NCBI GenBank assembly: GCA_046590195.1
Contig: JBKJTP010000278.1
Span: 1-46,719, forward strand
DNA: 46,719 nt
Direction: 5' to 3'
From: Candidatus Kapaibacterium sp.
Lineage (GTDB): Bacteria > Bacteroidota > Ignavibacteria > Palsa-1295
Positions 33,134 to 42,896 of this stretch are shown here, piece by piece; position 1 is the first letter of the stretch, and each line of letters begins with the position of its first letter. The notes under the pieces were generated by a model. It saw only the letters and a program-made list of their open reading frames with translations. It ran no database searches and was not told the origin of the DNA. The position numbers and the translations under genes are program-made.

Positions 33134-35728
33134 GTGAGAACTCCAGCTGACGAGAGCAACTATCGGATCGGGCAATTCCCGAGCGAGATGCTGCGCCGTG
33201 CAATGGAAGATGCACGAGAGGAGCAGCGTCGCGTCAAGCGACCAGCGATCGATGAAGATCAGCTGAGTTTCGGTAGTGAGGTGAATGAAGGCAAACGAGC
33301 TCCCCGGAAACGAACGGAAACCGAAACCGCTCGATCGGGTCCTCCCCCAAGGAGCTCCGCTTATTCTACGCAACCTGCTTCACGATCAGCAGAAGCACCT
33401 AAGCAAGCTCGAGTTACGACGCGCCCAACTGCGACTTCCATCAATGGCAAGTACGCGCAGCCGAACCCACAGGCAAAACCACAGCCACGATCAAGCGTAA
33501 CGTTGCCAGAGGTCGAGCCGAAACAGGCGGGTCCTGAAGAGCCATGGCACCAGCAGTGGGTTGAGAAGTTTTTTACTCCTCCGCCGTCAGTCGATCCGTT
33601 AAAGAAGAACGGCCGTCTGTATTTCGCGCTGCTGTTCTTTATTGTAGCGGTGAGCATGGTGCTCTTCAAGCTCTTCAAGATCCAGGTCGTGGATCATGAG
33701 GAGTTCTCGCTCGCAGCAGCGAACCAGTATAGAATGCAAGTGCCGATACCAGCGAAGCGCGGAGTCATTCGCGATCGCCATGGTGTCATCCTCGCGTCCA
33801 ACGCATTCGTCGTGAAATTTGCGGTCGATCCACAATCGCTGAAGGATCCGAATAATGTAGCCAAGGCGCTGTCGGCAACTTTCGGCAAGCCAGCATCGCA
33901 TTATCTCGAGATCTTCAAGGACGAGAAGCGTCGCTACATCGTGATTGAGAAGGAAGTCCCTCAAGAGGTCGCTTCTAGGATGGATAGCGTGAAGGATAAA
34001 GGCTTGATACGCGAGATCGAATCGCGCAGACACTACGCCTTCGATGATCGTGCATCGCATATCCTTGGATTCGCAAGTAAGGACGGACGAGGATTAGCAG
34101 GTGTCGAACTCCTGACGCATAAGGCACTAGCAGGCGTCAATGGCTTTACGATCATGCAGCGCGATGGCCGTGGACAACGCCGCCCAGATGTCGACTATGA
34201 GCAGGTGCAGCCAGTGCATGGCGATGACATCACACTTACGATCGATGAAGCAATACAATCAGTAACGGAGACAGCGCTCAAGGCTGGCGTCACAAAGGCG
34301 ATGGCGCAGGCCGGTACTGCGATCGTGATGTCACCGAAGACGGGTGAGATCCTTGCGCTTGCGAATTATCCGGATTTCGATCCGAACAAGTTCAGCCTTG
34401 CGAGTGACGAGATGCTCCGTGACCGCGCGATCACCGATGCATACGAGCCAGGCTCCACCATCAAGATCCTTACAGCCGCAATGGCGCTCGAAGAGGGCAT
34501 CATGACGCCGGAGTCCAAGATCAATGCAGAGATGGGCACATGGACGATCGACGGCAATGCGAAGATCCGTGATACGCATCCGTATGGCTCGCTCACATTC
34601 CGTGAGGCGGTCGAAAAGTCGAGCAACGTCGCGTTCGCAAAGATCTCCGACAAGATCGACAAGAACATATTCTACAAGTACCTCCGCGACTTTGGTTTTG
34701 GAGTGGTCTCTGGTATCGATCTGCCTGGCGAAGTAAAGGGATACGTCCGCAAGCCGGCAACCTGGGGTCCGAACTCGAAGCGCTATATGGCCTTCGGCTA
34801 CGAGCTCACGAATACCTGCTTGCAGATGGCAACTGCATACAATACCATCGCGAACATGGGTGTGATGATGAAGCCACATGTCATCGCAAAGCGTGTAGGT
34901 CCGAATGGTGAAGAGATCATGCACGGACCACAGGAGATCCGTCGAGTTGTAAGCGAGAAGACCTGCCGCACACTCATCAGTATGATGACCGGTGTAGTTG
35001 ACTCGGGTACAGCAACGACCGCGAAGATCAAGGGCGTATCGATCGCAGGAAAGACTGGTACCGCGCAGCAGCTTGTCAACGGACGTTACTCGAAGGAGCA
35101 CTACACATCTAGCTTTACCGCATTCTTTCCAGCGGAGGATCCTGAGTATACGATCCTCGTGATCCTGCGCTCGCCGCGCAATGGGTACTATGGTGGTGCA
35201 GTATCGGCGCCGATCTTCCGTGAGATCGCAATGCGCTTGCTCGAGATGAATGGCAAGCTTCCACCAGAAGCACGCGCACAACAAGTTGCGGTGAAGCCAG
35301 CAGTGGATGAGGGTGGAGTGATCGAGATCGAAGGTACGATACTCAATCGCAAAGAAGAAATTGAAGCTCGCGAGATGCCAGACGTCCGCGGTCTATCAGT
35401 CGAAGCAGGCAAGCTCCTGCTCGCAAGTCAAGGTTTTACGGTGATCGCTCCTGAGAAGGGTGTGATCGAGCGTGTCGAAAAGCGAGGCGCTGACTCCGTA
35501 AGGTTCATCGTGATGAAGAACGTCGAAGTAACGGCGAAGAAAGATGCAGAGCCTCAGCTCGTACCTGATTTTGTGGGTATGACCGTGGGCCGTGCAATGA
35601 AGGTCGGCACGATGAACAACATACAAGTTCGGGTTATCGGAGAAGGTAAAGTGCAAAAGCAATTCCCTGAAGAGGGGGCCACTCTCGATAAGAACAATCC
35701 GATCATTACGCTCTTTGGTGAAGAATAG
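33134..35728 (+). CDS. ftsI: Class B penicillin-binding protein FtsI/PBP with long N-terminal tail and two C-terminal PASTA-like domains
   Basis: SxxK GSTIK, SxN KSSNV, KTG GKTGTA. TM LYFALLFFIVAVSMVLF lies near residue 160. PASTA-like repeats start at MPDVRGLSVEAGKLLLASQGF and VPDFVGMTVGRAMKVG. GTG start at 33134; the first ATG is at 33188. Confidence 0.85.
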   Translation: MRTPADESNYRIGQFPSEMLRRAMEDAREEQRRVKRPAIDEDQLSFGSEVNEGKRAPRKRTETETARSGPPPRSSAYSTQPASRSAEAPKQARVTTRPTATSINGKYAQPNPQAKPQPRSSVTLPEVEPKQAGPEEPWHQQWVEKFFTPPPSVDPLKKNGRLYFALLFFIVAVSMVLFKLFKIQVVDHEEFSLAAANQYRMQVPIPAKRGVIRDRHGVILASNAFVVKFAVDPQSLKDPNNVAKALSATFGKPASHYLEIFKDEKRRYIVIEKEVPQEVASRMDSVKDKGLIREIESRRHYAFDDRASHILGFASKDGRGLAGVELLTHKALAGVNGFTIMQRDGRGQRRPDVDYEQVQPVHGDDITLTIDEAIQSVTETALKAGVTKAMAQAGTAIVMSPKTGEILALANYPDFDPNKFSLASDEMLRDRAITDAYEPGSTIKILTAAMALEEGIMTPESKINAEMGTWTIDGNAKIRDTHPYGSLTFREAVEKSSNVAFAKISDKIDKNIFYKYLRDFGFGVVSGIDLPGEVKGYVRKPATWGPNSKRYMAFGYELTNTCLQMATAYNTIANMGVMMKPHVIAKRVGPNGEEIMHGPQEIRRVVSEKTCRTLISMMTGVVDSGTATTAKIKGVSIAGKTGTAQQLVNGRYSKEHYTSSFTAFFPAEDPEYTILVILRSPRNGYYGGAVSAPIFREIAMRLLEMNGKLPPEARAQQVAVKPAVDEGGVIEIEGTILNRKEEIEAREMPDVRGLSVEAGKLLLASQGFTVIAPEKGVIERVEKRGADSVRFIVMKNVEVTAKKDAEPQLVPDFVGMTVGRAMKVGTMNNIQVRVIGEGKVQKQFPEEGATLDKNNPIITLFGEE

Positions 35729-35914
35729 AACGTGACGTTTTGACCGCTTCTGGCGTTGTTTTCGCCTGTCTGAGTCGGGAATTACTCGGGCAAACAAGTA
35801 GCAGTCAAAGAGGCTCACGAATATGATCACACCAGAGTTAGGATGCTCATCCAATACGAATGATAGTTCATTCGTGGATAAGCGCTCATCCGCAAAAGCC
35901 CTGTTCTTTGAAAA

Positions 35915-37450
35915 ATGAAGTTAAGTGAGCTAACGCGAAAGGACGAGATCGGCATTCTATCGATCGATGGAAATATTCCATCAGGCATGGATGCCGATCT
36001 CTCCGATCCGCAATATGATTCTCGAAAGGTTACGCAAGGATCGACATTCTTCGCGATCAAAGGCTTTGCTGTCGATGGGCACACGTTCATCGCAACGGCG
36101 ATCGAGAAAGGCGCAAGTGCGATCGTTATCGAAGACGGATCGGCTTTCAGCGCATCGGACGCATTAACAAATGGCGTCATAAGAATTTTAGTTAAAGACA
36201 CCAGAGCAGCTCTCGCACATCTCTCCGAGATCTACTTCGGCGAGCCGAGTTCAAAGCTCCGAGTCATCGGCGTCACCGGTACAAACGGCAAGACGACCAC
36301 AACAAGCGTTATCAAGCAGCTGCTTGAAGCGGGCGACGAGAAGGTCGGACTGATCGGCACGATCGGTACCTGGATTGGAGATGAACATATCCCGACAACC
36401 CACACGACTCCTGAGTCGAGAGATCTCTCGGAGTTGATCGCTCGGATGGTCTTGGAGCGAGTGACCACATGCGTTATGGAGGTCAGCTCCCACGCACTTG
36501 AGCTCAAGCGAGTTGCAGCCCTCGATTTTGATATCGCGATCTTTACGAATCTCACGCAGGACCATCTGGACTTCCACAAGGATATGGAGTCCTACTGCAA
36601 CGCAAAGAAGAAGTTGTTTCATGGGTTGAAGGATACGGCAGTTGCGATCTCGAATGCCGACAGTCCCTACGGCGACAGAATGATCGCCGACACGATAGCC
36701 AACTCCCACACCTACGGACTCTTGAAGGAAGGGGACGATCTGGGGCACGCCGATCTTCTGGCGACCAACGTCCAACTTGACCTGGAAAAAACAAGCTTTA
36801 CACTGAGCAAACGCTACTCGGATGAGCGCGCAGAATTTACGACATCGCTCATCGGCAAGTTCAACGTCGAGAACATCCTGGCTGCCCTTTCAGCGCTGTA
36901 TTTCGGAATAGAGGGATATTCATTAACCCGACTATCTGAGCTCTTGCCTCAGGTGCAAGCTATCCGGGGAAGATTCGAGCAGGTGGTGCTGGCAAATGGC
37001 AGTATCGTCGTGATCGATTACGCCCACACACCCGATGCCTTAGAGAATGTAATCCGCACATCGAGGGCGCTGATGGAGCAAACTGGAGCCAAAGGGCGTT
37101 TATGGGTCGTCTTCGGCTGTGGCGGAGATAGAGACCGCCAAAAGCGGCCTCTTATGGGTTCGATCGCCTCACAACTGGCGGACCGTATCATTCTCACCAA
37201 TGACAACCCACGGTCCGAGGATCCACGAGTGATACTTCAAGAGATCGAAGCAGGCATTGCGCCCGGTTCATCTTACGAGGTCATCGAAGATCGCCGCAAG
37301 GCTATCCGGACCGCACTATCGGCATCAGCTGCTTCAGACATCGTTGTCATTGCCGGGAAGGGTCATGAGACCTATCAGATCATCGGTCAGGAGACAACAC
37401 ACTTCGACGACCGCGAGGAAGTCAATCGGTGGCTCAGCGATCAGCAGTAA
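35915..37450 (+). CDS. murE: UDP-N-acetylmuramoyl-L-alanyl-D-glutamate--2,6-diaminopimelate ligase MurE
   Basis: GVTGTNGKTTTT P-loop. The DNPR motif (ILTNDNPRSEDP) is associated with meso-DAP specificity. Position in the dcw cluster supports the call. Confidence 0.9.
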   Translation: MKLSELTRKDEIGILSIDGNIPSGMDADLSDPQYDSRKVTQGSTFFAIKGFAVDGHTFIATAIEKGASAIVIEDGSAFSASDALTNGVIRILVKDTRAALAHLSEIYFGEPSSKLRVIGVTGTNGKTTTTSVIKQLLEAGDEKVGLIGTIGTWIGDEHIPTTHTTPESRDLSELIARMVLERVTTCVMEVSSHALELKRVAALDFDIAIFTNLTQDHLDFHKDMESYCNAKKKLFHGLKDTAVAISNADSPYGDRMIADTIANSHTYGLLKEGDDLGHADLLATNVQLDLEKTSFTLSKRYSDERAEFTTSLIGKFNVENILAALSALYFGIEGYSLTRLSELLPQVQAIRGRFEQVVLANGSIVVIDYAHTPDALENVIRTSRALMEQTGAKGRLWVVFGCGGDRDRQKRPLMGSIASQLADRIILTNDNPRSEDPRVILQEIEAGIAPGSSYEVIEDRRKAIRTALSASAASDIVVIAGKGHETYQIIGQETTHFDDREEVNRWLSDQQ

Positions 37451-37592
37451 GATCACCACGCTAGGCACCTTGGTGCAGAGCATCCTAAGAAGCGCGTCTT
37501 AAGACGCCGACAGTAATAGGCACCCGCGCAGCACGCGCACTGCTATTGCGATCATCTTCTTTTCTCTTTACAGTTTCGGTTTTTCAGAATCA

Positions 37593-38981
37593 GTGAATTT
37601 AACAGTACAAGAACTCCAGAGCATCGCGCACATTGAGCATTCGCTATCGAAGCTCGATGCGAAGAAGACGTTTCGTGATGTATCAACAGATTCGAGGACG
37701 CTCAAACGTGGCGATCTCTTTGTCGCACTTCGTGGAGAACAGTTTGACGGACATGCCTACCTTGATCAGGTAGCCAAAGAAGGTGCTGTTGCAGCGATCG
37801 TTGATGAGGAGTGGGCGAAGACAGCGAAGAAGCGCCCCGACTTACCGCTATTCATCGTCGCTGATACCTTGCAAGCACACGGCGATCTTGCGAATCTCTA
37901 CCGACGCAAGTTTAAGATCCCGATCCTCGTTGTTGCCGGATCGAACGGCAAGACAACCACAAAAGAATTGCTCGCGCACGTGCTTGGCACAACGCGCGGA
38001 GTGCTCAAGACCGAATCGAACTTCAACAATCAGGTCGGTCTGCCAAAGATGTTGTTCCAGCTCCGCGACGGCCATGATATGGCTGTTCTCGAGATCGGTA
38101 CGAATCATCCCGGCGAGATCGCATGGCTGTGTAAGATCTGCGAACCGACGCACGCGATCATCACGAACATCGGTCGTGAGCATCTGGAGTTCTTCAAAGA
38201 CCTTAAGGGTGTGGCCGTTGAAGAGCGTGCTGCTTTTGATTACGTTTTCGAGCATGGAGGTACGGCGTTCATCAACATGGACGATAAGTATCTGGTATCT
38301 GCAAAGAAGCAGTTCGGTGACAAAGCTGAGACATTCGGTACAGCACCAACGGGAGAGATCTTCGCACGCTTCATCGGATATACGAAGGACGGGCGCCTCG
38401 AGTTACGAGTCGGTGCAGAGGATAAGAGCTTTAAGCTTCGCACGCACGTCATTGCGGACTACGCCCCAAACATGATCGCTGGTGCGGTCGCTGTCGGACT
38501 TGCATTCAAGATGCGCCGCGCAGAGATCAAGGCAGCCATAGAGTATTTTAAGCCGCATGACAAGCGTCTCGAAGTAGTCAAGCTGGCATCAGGTGTGACG
38601 GTGCTCAATGATTCGTATAATGCGAATCCCGATTCGATGGAATCGGCATTCAAGACATTAGCAAGCTACCCTGCAGAAGGCAAGCGCTACGTGATCGTTG
38701 GCGACATGTTCGAACTTGGCGACAAGAGCGAAGCCGAACACAAGTCGATCGGCAAGAAGCTGACAGAGTTTGACTTTGCAGGCCTGTACTTCACTGGAAA
38801 GGATATGGAGCTCGCATATAAGTCGGCCAAGCGTGGCCGCGAAGGCGAGATCTATTATTTCAAGACCAAGGATGAGGCAGCTACCAAATTGCGCGACATC
38901 CTCAATCCTGGCGACACACTGCTCGTCAAGGGTTCGAGAGGCATGAAAATGGAAGAGGTCATCGACCTGCTTCAGCGCTAG
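37593..38981 (+). CDS. murF: UDP-N-acetylmuramoyl-tripeptide--D-alanyl-D-alanine ligase MurF
   Basis: GSNGKTTTKELL P-loop, LEIGTNHPGEI, NDSYNANPDSM, GDMFELG. GTG start. Confidence 0.9.
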   Translation: MNLTVQELQSIAHIEHSLSKLDAKKTFRDVSTDSRTLKRGDLFVALRGEQFDGHAYLDQVAKEGAVAAIVDEEWAKTAKKRPDLPLFIVADTLQAHGDLANLYRRKFKIPILVVAGSNGKTTTKELLAHVLGTTRGVLKTESNFNNQVGLPKMLFQLRDGHDMAVLEIGTNHPGEIAWLCKICEPTHAIITNIGREHLEFFKDLKGVAVEERAAFDYVFEHGGTAFINMDDKYLVSAKKQFGDKAETFGTAPTGEIFARFIGYTKDGRLELRVGAEDKSFKLRTHVIADYAPNMIAGAVAVGLAFKMRRAEIKAAIEYFKPHDKRLEVVKLASGVTVLNDSYNANPDSMESAFKTLASYPAEGKRYVIVGDMFELGDKSEAEHKSIGKKLTEFDFAGLYFTGKDMELAYKSAKRGREGEIYYFKTKDEAATKLRDILNPGDTLLVKGSRGMKMEEVIDLLQR

Positions 38982-39155
38982 AACAGGCGAGTCCGACGGG
39001 CTCTGCCGCGCTAACCGAGCGCTAATACTGCTGAGTAATTTTTCCCGACTTCACCAGAGCTCATCCGGTGAGGTCAGACTCGTTCTGCGCTGCAAAATAC
39101 GGCGCAGCGTGATTATATTCGCTACCGTCTTTGCTTCACTGACAATTAGCCAGCC

Positions 39156-40271
39156 GTGTTCTACCATCTATTTAACTGGATCAACAAGGAGTTCTCACCT
39201 CCTGGCGGAGATCTCATCCGTTACCTGACCTTCCGCTCCGCACTTGCTGCGTTCACAGCTCTGCTCATCAGTTTCATCGTCGGCCCGATGATCATCAAGA
39301 AACTGAAGTCGATGCAGATCGGCGAACAAGGCAAAGTGGAAGCACCAAAGGCACATCTGCTCAAGGCAGGTACGCCAACGATGGGCGGCCTCATCATCCT
39401 GCTTGCATGTCTAGCCCCAACACTGTTGTGGGCCGATCTTACGAATTTCTTTATCCTGATCATCGTAGGCGCCACGCTGATGCTCGGCGGTATAGGCTTC
39501 CTCGATGATTATCTCAAAGTTGTTAAGAAAAAGAAGAAGGGTCTCATCGGAAGATATAAGATCGTCGGTCAGGTGATCGTCGGTCTCTTCGTTGGTGGTA
39601 TGATCATGCTTATGCCTGATCTCTACGATAATATCACGACAGCAACGACGATCCCCTTCTTCAAGAATCTGGTCTTCGAGTTCGGAGACATCCTCTATAT
39701 TCCGTTCGTCATCTTTGTCATCACCGCGACCAGCAACGCAGTGAACCTGACAGATGGCCTCGACGGACTGAGTGCCGGCACAGTAGGCATCGCATTCATA
39801 TCCATTGCAGCGATCGCATACGTCTCTGGCAGCATTCAGCAGAGCGATTATCTGAACATTCCGTACCTGCGTGGTGCGGGCGAATTGACCGTGTTTTGTG
39901 CGGCGCTTGTGGGAGCGACGCTCGGATTCCTATGGTACAATGCTTACCCGGCGCAAGTGTTTATGGGCGATACAGGATCACTTGCGTTGGGTGGCGCCAT
40001 GGGAACACTCATGGTGCTCTGTAAGAAGGAGTTCATCCTGCCGATCATCGGCGGCATCTTCTTCGCAGAAACCCTATCGGTAATTATGCAGACGGTCTAC
40101 TTCAAGATCACGAAGAAGGTCCATGGTGAGGGCAAACGAATATTTCGAATGGCCCCGCTGCATCATCACTTCGAACTATGCGGCTGGGCAGAATCGAAGA
40201 TCGTGATCAGATTTTATATCGTAGCAATCCTGCTCTCCATTCTAGCGCTGACAACATTCAAGGTGCGCTAG
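39156..40271 (+). CDS. mraY: Phospho-N-acetylmuramoyl-pentapeptide transferase MraY
   Basis: KAGTPTMGG, NAVNLTDGLDGL, FMGDTGSLALGG and MAPLHHHFE. GTG start. Confidence 0.9.
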   Translation: MFYHLFNWINKEFSPPGGDLIRYLTFRSALAAFTALLISFIVGPMIIKKLKSMQIGEQGKVEAPKAHLLKAGTPTMGGLIILLACLAPTLLWADLTNFFILIIVGATLMLGGIGFLDDYLKVVKKKKKGLIGRYKIVGQVIVGLFVGGMIMLMPDLYDNITTATTIPFFKNLVFEFGDILYIPFVIFVITATSNAVNLTDGLDGLSAGTVGIAFISIAAIAYVSGSIQQSDYLNIPYLRGAGELTVFCAALVGATLGFLWYNAYPAQVFMGDTGSLALGGAMGTLMVLCKKEFILPIIGGIFFAETLSVIMQTVYFKITKKVHGEGKRIFRMAPLHHHFELCGWAESKIVIRFYIVAILLSILALTTFKVR

Positions 40272-40329
40272 TTCTTCATCAAGCTTTCAGCATTCCTTAC
40301 GCAACTGGACTCCAGTTCGATCAGCACCA

Positions 40330-41685
40330 ATGCAATTACGAGGTAAGCGGGTCTCGATACTTGGCGCGGGCCGCTCCGGACTTGCCGTCGCACGCTTCGT
40401 GCGCAAACGGCGAGCACATGCATTTTTGTCAGAGGCATCGCCTGCCGAGAAGTTCACCGAGTTGATCAAACAACTCGAGGATCTCGAGGTGAAGTACGAG
40501 TTCGGCGAGAACACGCATCTTGTGCTTGAAAGCGATCTGATCGTCATCAGCCCCGGTGTACCGCTCGACTCACCGATCATTACTCTGGCAAGACAGAAAG
40601 AGATCAAGATCATCAGTGAGATCGAACTCGCATACCAGTATTGCGATGCGCCGATCATTGCGATCACCGGTACGAACGGCAAGACGACGACAACGACGCT
40701 GATCGGCGAGATCATGAAGCATGCCGGATGGAATACGTTCGTTGCCGGTAACATCGGCGTGCCGTTCTGCGATGTGATCGATCAGGCCAAAGGTGAGAAG
40801 TGCGTGGTTGTGCTTGAAGTCTCCAGCTTCCAGCTTGACACGATCGATGAGTTTCGCCCGAAGGTCTCGATGATCCTCAACATCACGCCCGATCATCTTG
40901 ACCGCTATCCAAACTACGAGGCATACATCCAGTCAAAGTTTAGGATCGCTGAGAATCAGAAGGGCCAGGACATCTTTATCTACAATCACGATGATGAGAT
41001 CGTTAGAAGCTTTGCAGATACGCTAAGCATCAAGACGTGGGGCTTCTCATTGAAGGCAGTACTCAAGCAGGGTGTATATCTCGAAGAGGAGAACCTGATC
41101 ATGCGCACAGGCCGCGAGAAGGAAGTGCTGACCTCAAGACATGAGATCGGTATTCCAGGACCGCACAACCTGATGAATGCAATGGCTTCAGCGCTTGCGG
41201 CGAAAGCGATGCAAGTCGAAGTACCGAAGATCGCTGAAGTCTTAGGATCGTTCGAGGGTGTCGAGCACAGGATCGAATTTGTTAGAGAGCTTGACGGTGT
41301 CAAGTATTACAATGACTCCAAGGCGACTAATGTCGATTCGCTCTATTATGCGCTCGGAAGCTTTAAGTCATCCCCGATCATACTGATCGCAGGTGGCAAA
41401 GACAAAGGCAATGACTATGCACAGGTCTTGCAACTTGTCAAAGAGAATGTGAAGACGCTGATCGCAGTCGGACAAGGCGGCGAGAAGCTCGAAGAGTATT
41501 TCAGCTCGGTCAAGCCAGTGATGAGCGCAGGCTTCTCAATGGAGGAGGCTGTAAAGCTGGCCCGAGAGACTGCAAAGCCCGGTGACATTGTTCTCTTGTC
41601 ACCCGCTTGTGCAAGCTTCGACATGTTCAATAACTATGAACATCGAGGACAGGTATTTAAGGAACTGGTGAAAGGACTACAGTAG
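40330..41685 (+). CDS. murD: UDP-N-acetylmuramoylalanine--D-glutamate ligase MurD
   Basis: N-terminal Rossmann ILGAGRSGLAVARF, P-loop GTNGKTTTTTL, NDSKATN. Confidence 0.9.
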   Translation: MQLRGKRVSILGAGRSGLAVARFVRKRRAHAFLSEASPAEKFTELIKQLEDLEVKYEFGENTHLVLESDLIVISPGVPLDSPIITLARQKEIKIISEIELAYQYCDAPIIAITGTNGKTTTTTLIGEIMKHAGWNTFVAGNIGVPFCDVIDQAKGEKCVVVLEVSSFQLDTIDEFRPKVSMILNITPDHLDRYPNYEAYIQSKFRIAENQKGQDIFIYNHDDEIVRSFADTLSIKTWGFSLKAVLKQGVYLEEENLIMRTGREKEVLTSRHEIGIPGPHNLMNAMASALAAKAMQVEVPKIAEVLGSFEGVEHRIEFVRELDGVKYYNDSKATNVDSLYYALGSFKSSPIILIAGGKDKGNDYAQVLQLVKENVKTLIAVGQGGEKLEEYFSSVKPVMSAGFSMEEAVKLARETAKPGDIVLLSPACASFDMFNNYEHRGQVFKELVKGLQ

Positions 41686-41701
41686 GAGATTTCAAAGACA
41701 A

Positions 41702-42874
41702 ATGGTAGCAGGGAAGAAGACAGCGGATCTCAGTTTATTTCTAACGGTGACAGGCTTGCTGCTGGCTTCTCTTGCATTTGTCTATACTGCAAGCGCGACC
41801 TTCAGCTCCGTCAAGATGGCCAATAGCGAGAGCATGCTCTTTAGTCACGCACAGAAAGTGCTGATGGCGTTTGGAGCGATGCTCTTCTTCACGAAGGTCG
41901 ATTACCATATCTTCCAGAAGAACTCGAAGTACATCATGCTTGCGGCAATGGCGCTGCTCATGGCTGTGCTTGTTGTCGGTACAAAGGAGCTTGGCGCGAG
42001 ACGATGGCTCAGTCTCGGTTTCCTGAGCTTTCAGCCTGCGGAGTTTGCAAAGTTTGCCTTGGTCATGCATATCTCAGCGATGTGTGCTGCGAAAGCAGAA
42101 TTCATAGGCGATTTCAAGAAAGCGTTTATCCCCATCATGGTCTGGGCGCTTGGTACTGCGGGGCTTATTGTTTTGCAACCTAATATGTCGACGGCCAGCG
42201 TGCTGATCATGATCACATTTGCGATCATGTTCATTGCGCAGGTTCCGCTGAAGTACATGATCAGCTGCGGCGTCATTGCCTTTGTTGGAGGCTTCATGTA
42301 CGCACTTACAGCGACGTACCGACTGCATCGTATTCTGGCATTCTTTGGATTCGAGAATGAGCATACGAGCCGAGTTAGCTATCAGAGCGATCAAGGTCTC
42401 ATCGCATTTGGCAATGGTGGCCTGTTGGGTGTAGGCATCGGTCAATCGAAACAGCGCGATTTTTACCTGCCGGAGTCCTACGGTGATTTTATCTTCTCCG
42501 TCATCGGCGAAGAGTATGGCTTCATCGGCGCGGGTGCCCTGATGCTGGTCTTCGGATTCTTGCTCATCCGAGGGGTGCAGATCACGAAGCACGCACCTGA
42601 TATGTTCGGCCGATATGTTGCATTCGGTATCACGACCACTGTTGCGATCTATACACTGGTAAACGCATTCGTCAATACGGGCCTCATGCCTGTGACAGGA
42701 CTGCCGATGCCATTCGTGAGCTACGGAGGTACAAGTATGATCTTCAGTGCAGCGGCGATCGGTGTTTTGCTGAATATCAGCAAGCACGCCACGACGTTGC
42801 CGGATGCACCGAAGCTGACGATCAATCAGCGGATGCAGCGCTTTATGGGCAAAGACCTCGCACCTGCAAGTTAA
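41702..42874 (+). CDS. ftsW: SEDS-family peptidoglycan glycosyltransferase FtsW
   Basis: Polytopic protein with QPAEFAKFA and LPESYGDFIFSVIGEEYGFIGA. It lies between murD and murG. Confidence 0.85.
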   Translation: MVAGKKTADLSLFLTVTGLLLASLAFVYTASATFSSVKMANSESMLFSHAQKVLMAFGAMLFFTKVDYHIFQKNSKYIMLAAMALLMAVLVVGTKELGARRWLSLGFLSFQPAEFAKFALVMHISAMCAAKAEFIGDFKKAFIPIMVWALGTAGLIVLQPNMSTASVLIMITFAIMFIAQVPLKYMISCGVIAFVGGFMYALTATYRLHRILAFFGFENEHTSRVSYQSDQGLIAFGNGGLLGVGIGQSKQRDFYLPESYGDFIFSVIGEEYGFIGAGALMLVFGFLLIRGVQITKHAPDMFGRYVAFGITTTVAIYTLVNAFVNTGLMPVTGLPMPFVSYGGTSMIFSAAAIGVLLNISKHATTLPDAPKLTINQRMQRFMGKDLAPAS

Positions 42875-42896
42875 TGTTGCAAGTTAAGATTTAAGA

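Noticed and set aside
32294-33373. Two minus-strand ORFs (32294-32755 and 32828-33373) covering the ftsL region and the dcw spacers.
   Set aside because: They are antisense to the dcw operon and have low-complexity Ser/Arg/Gly-rich translations. The plus-strand FtsL-like TM plus coiled coil and the FtsI tail are more coherent.
34331-35284. 317-aa ORF antisense to ftsI. Similar long antisense ORFs are 20281-21033 in purD, 42074-42787 in ftsW, 36251-36775 in murE and 13337-13744 in the AKR gene.
   Set aside because: All lie fully inside genes with strong family motifs. Their translations are Arg/Cys/His/Leu-rich junk without motifs. Long stop-free antisense frames are expected when the sense gene avoids TTA, CTA and TCA codons.
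37783-38475. 230-aa same-strand alternative-frame ORF inside murF.
   Set aside because: The Arg/Ser-rich composition is typical of off-frame translation. The murF frame carries all Mur-ligase motifs across this span.
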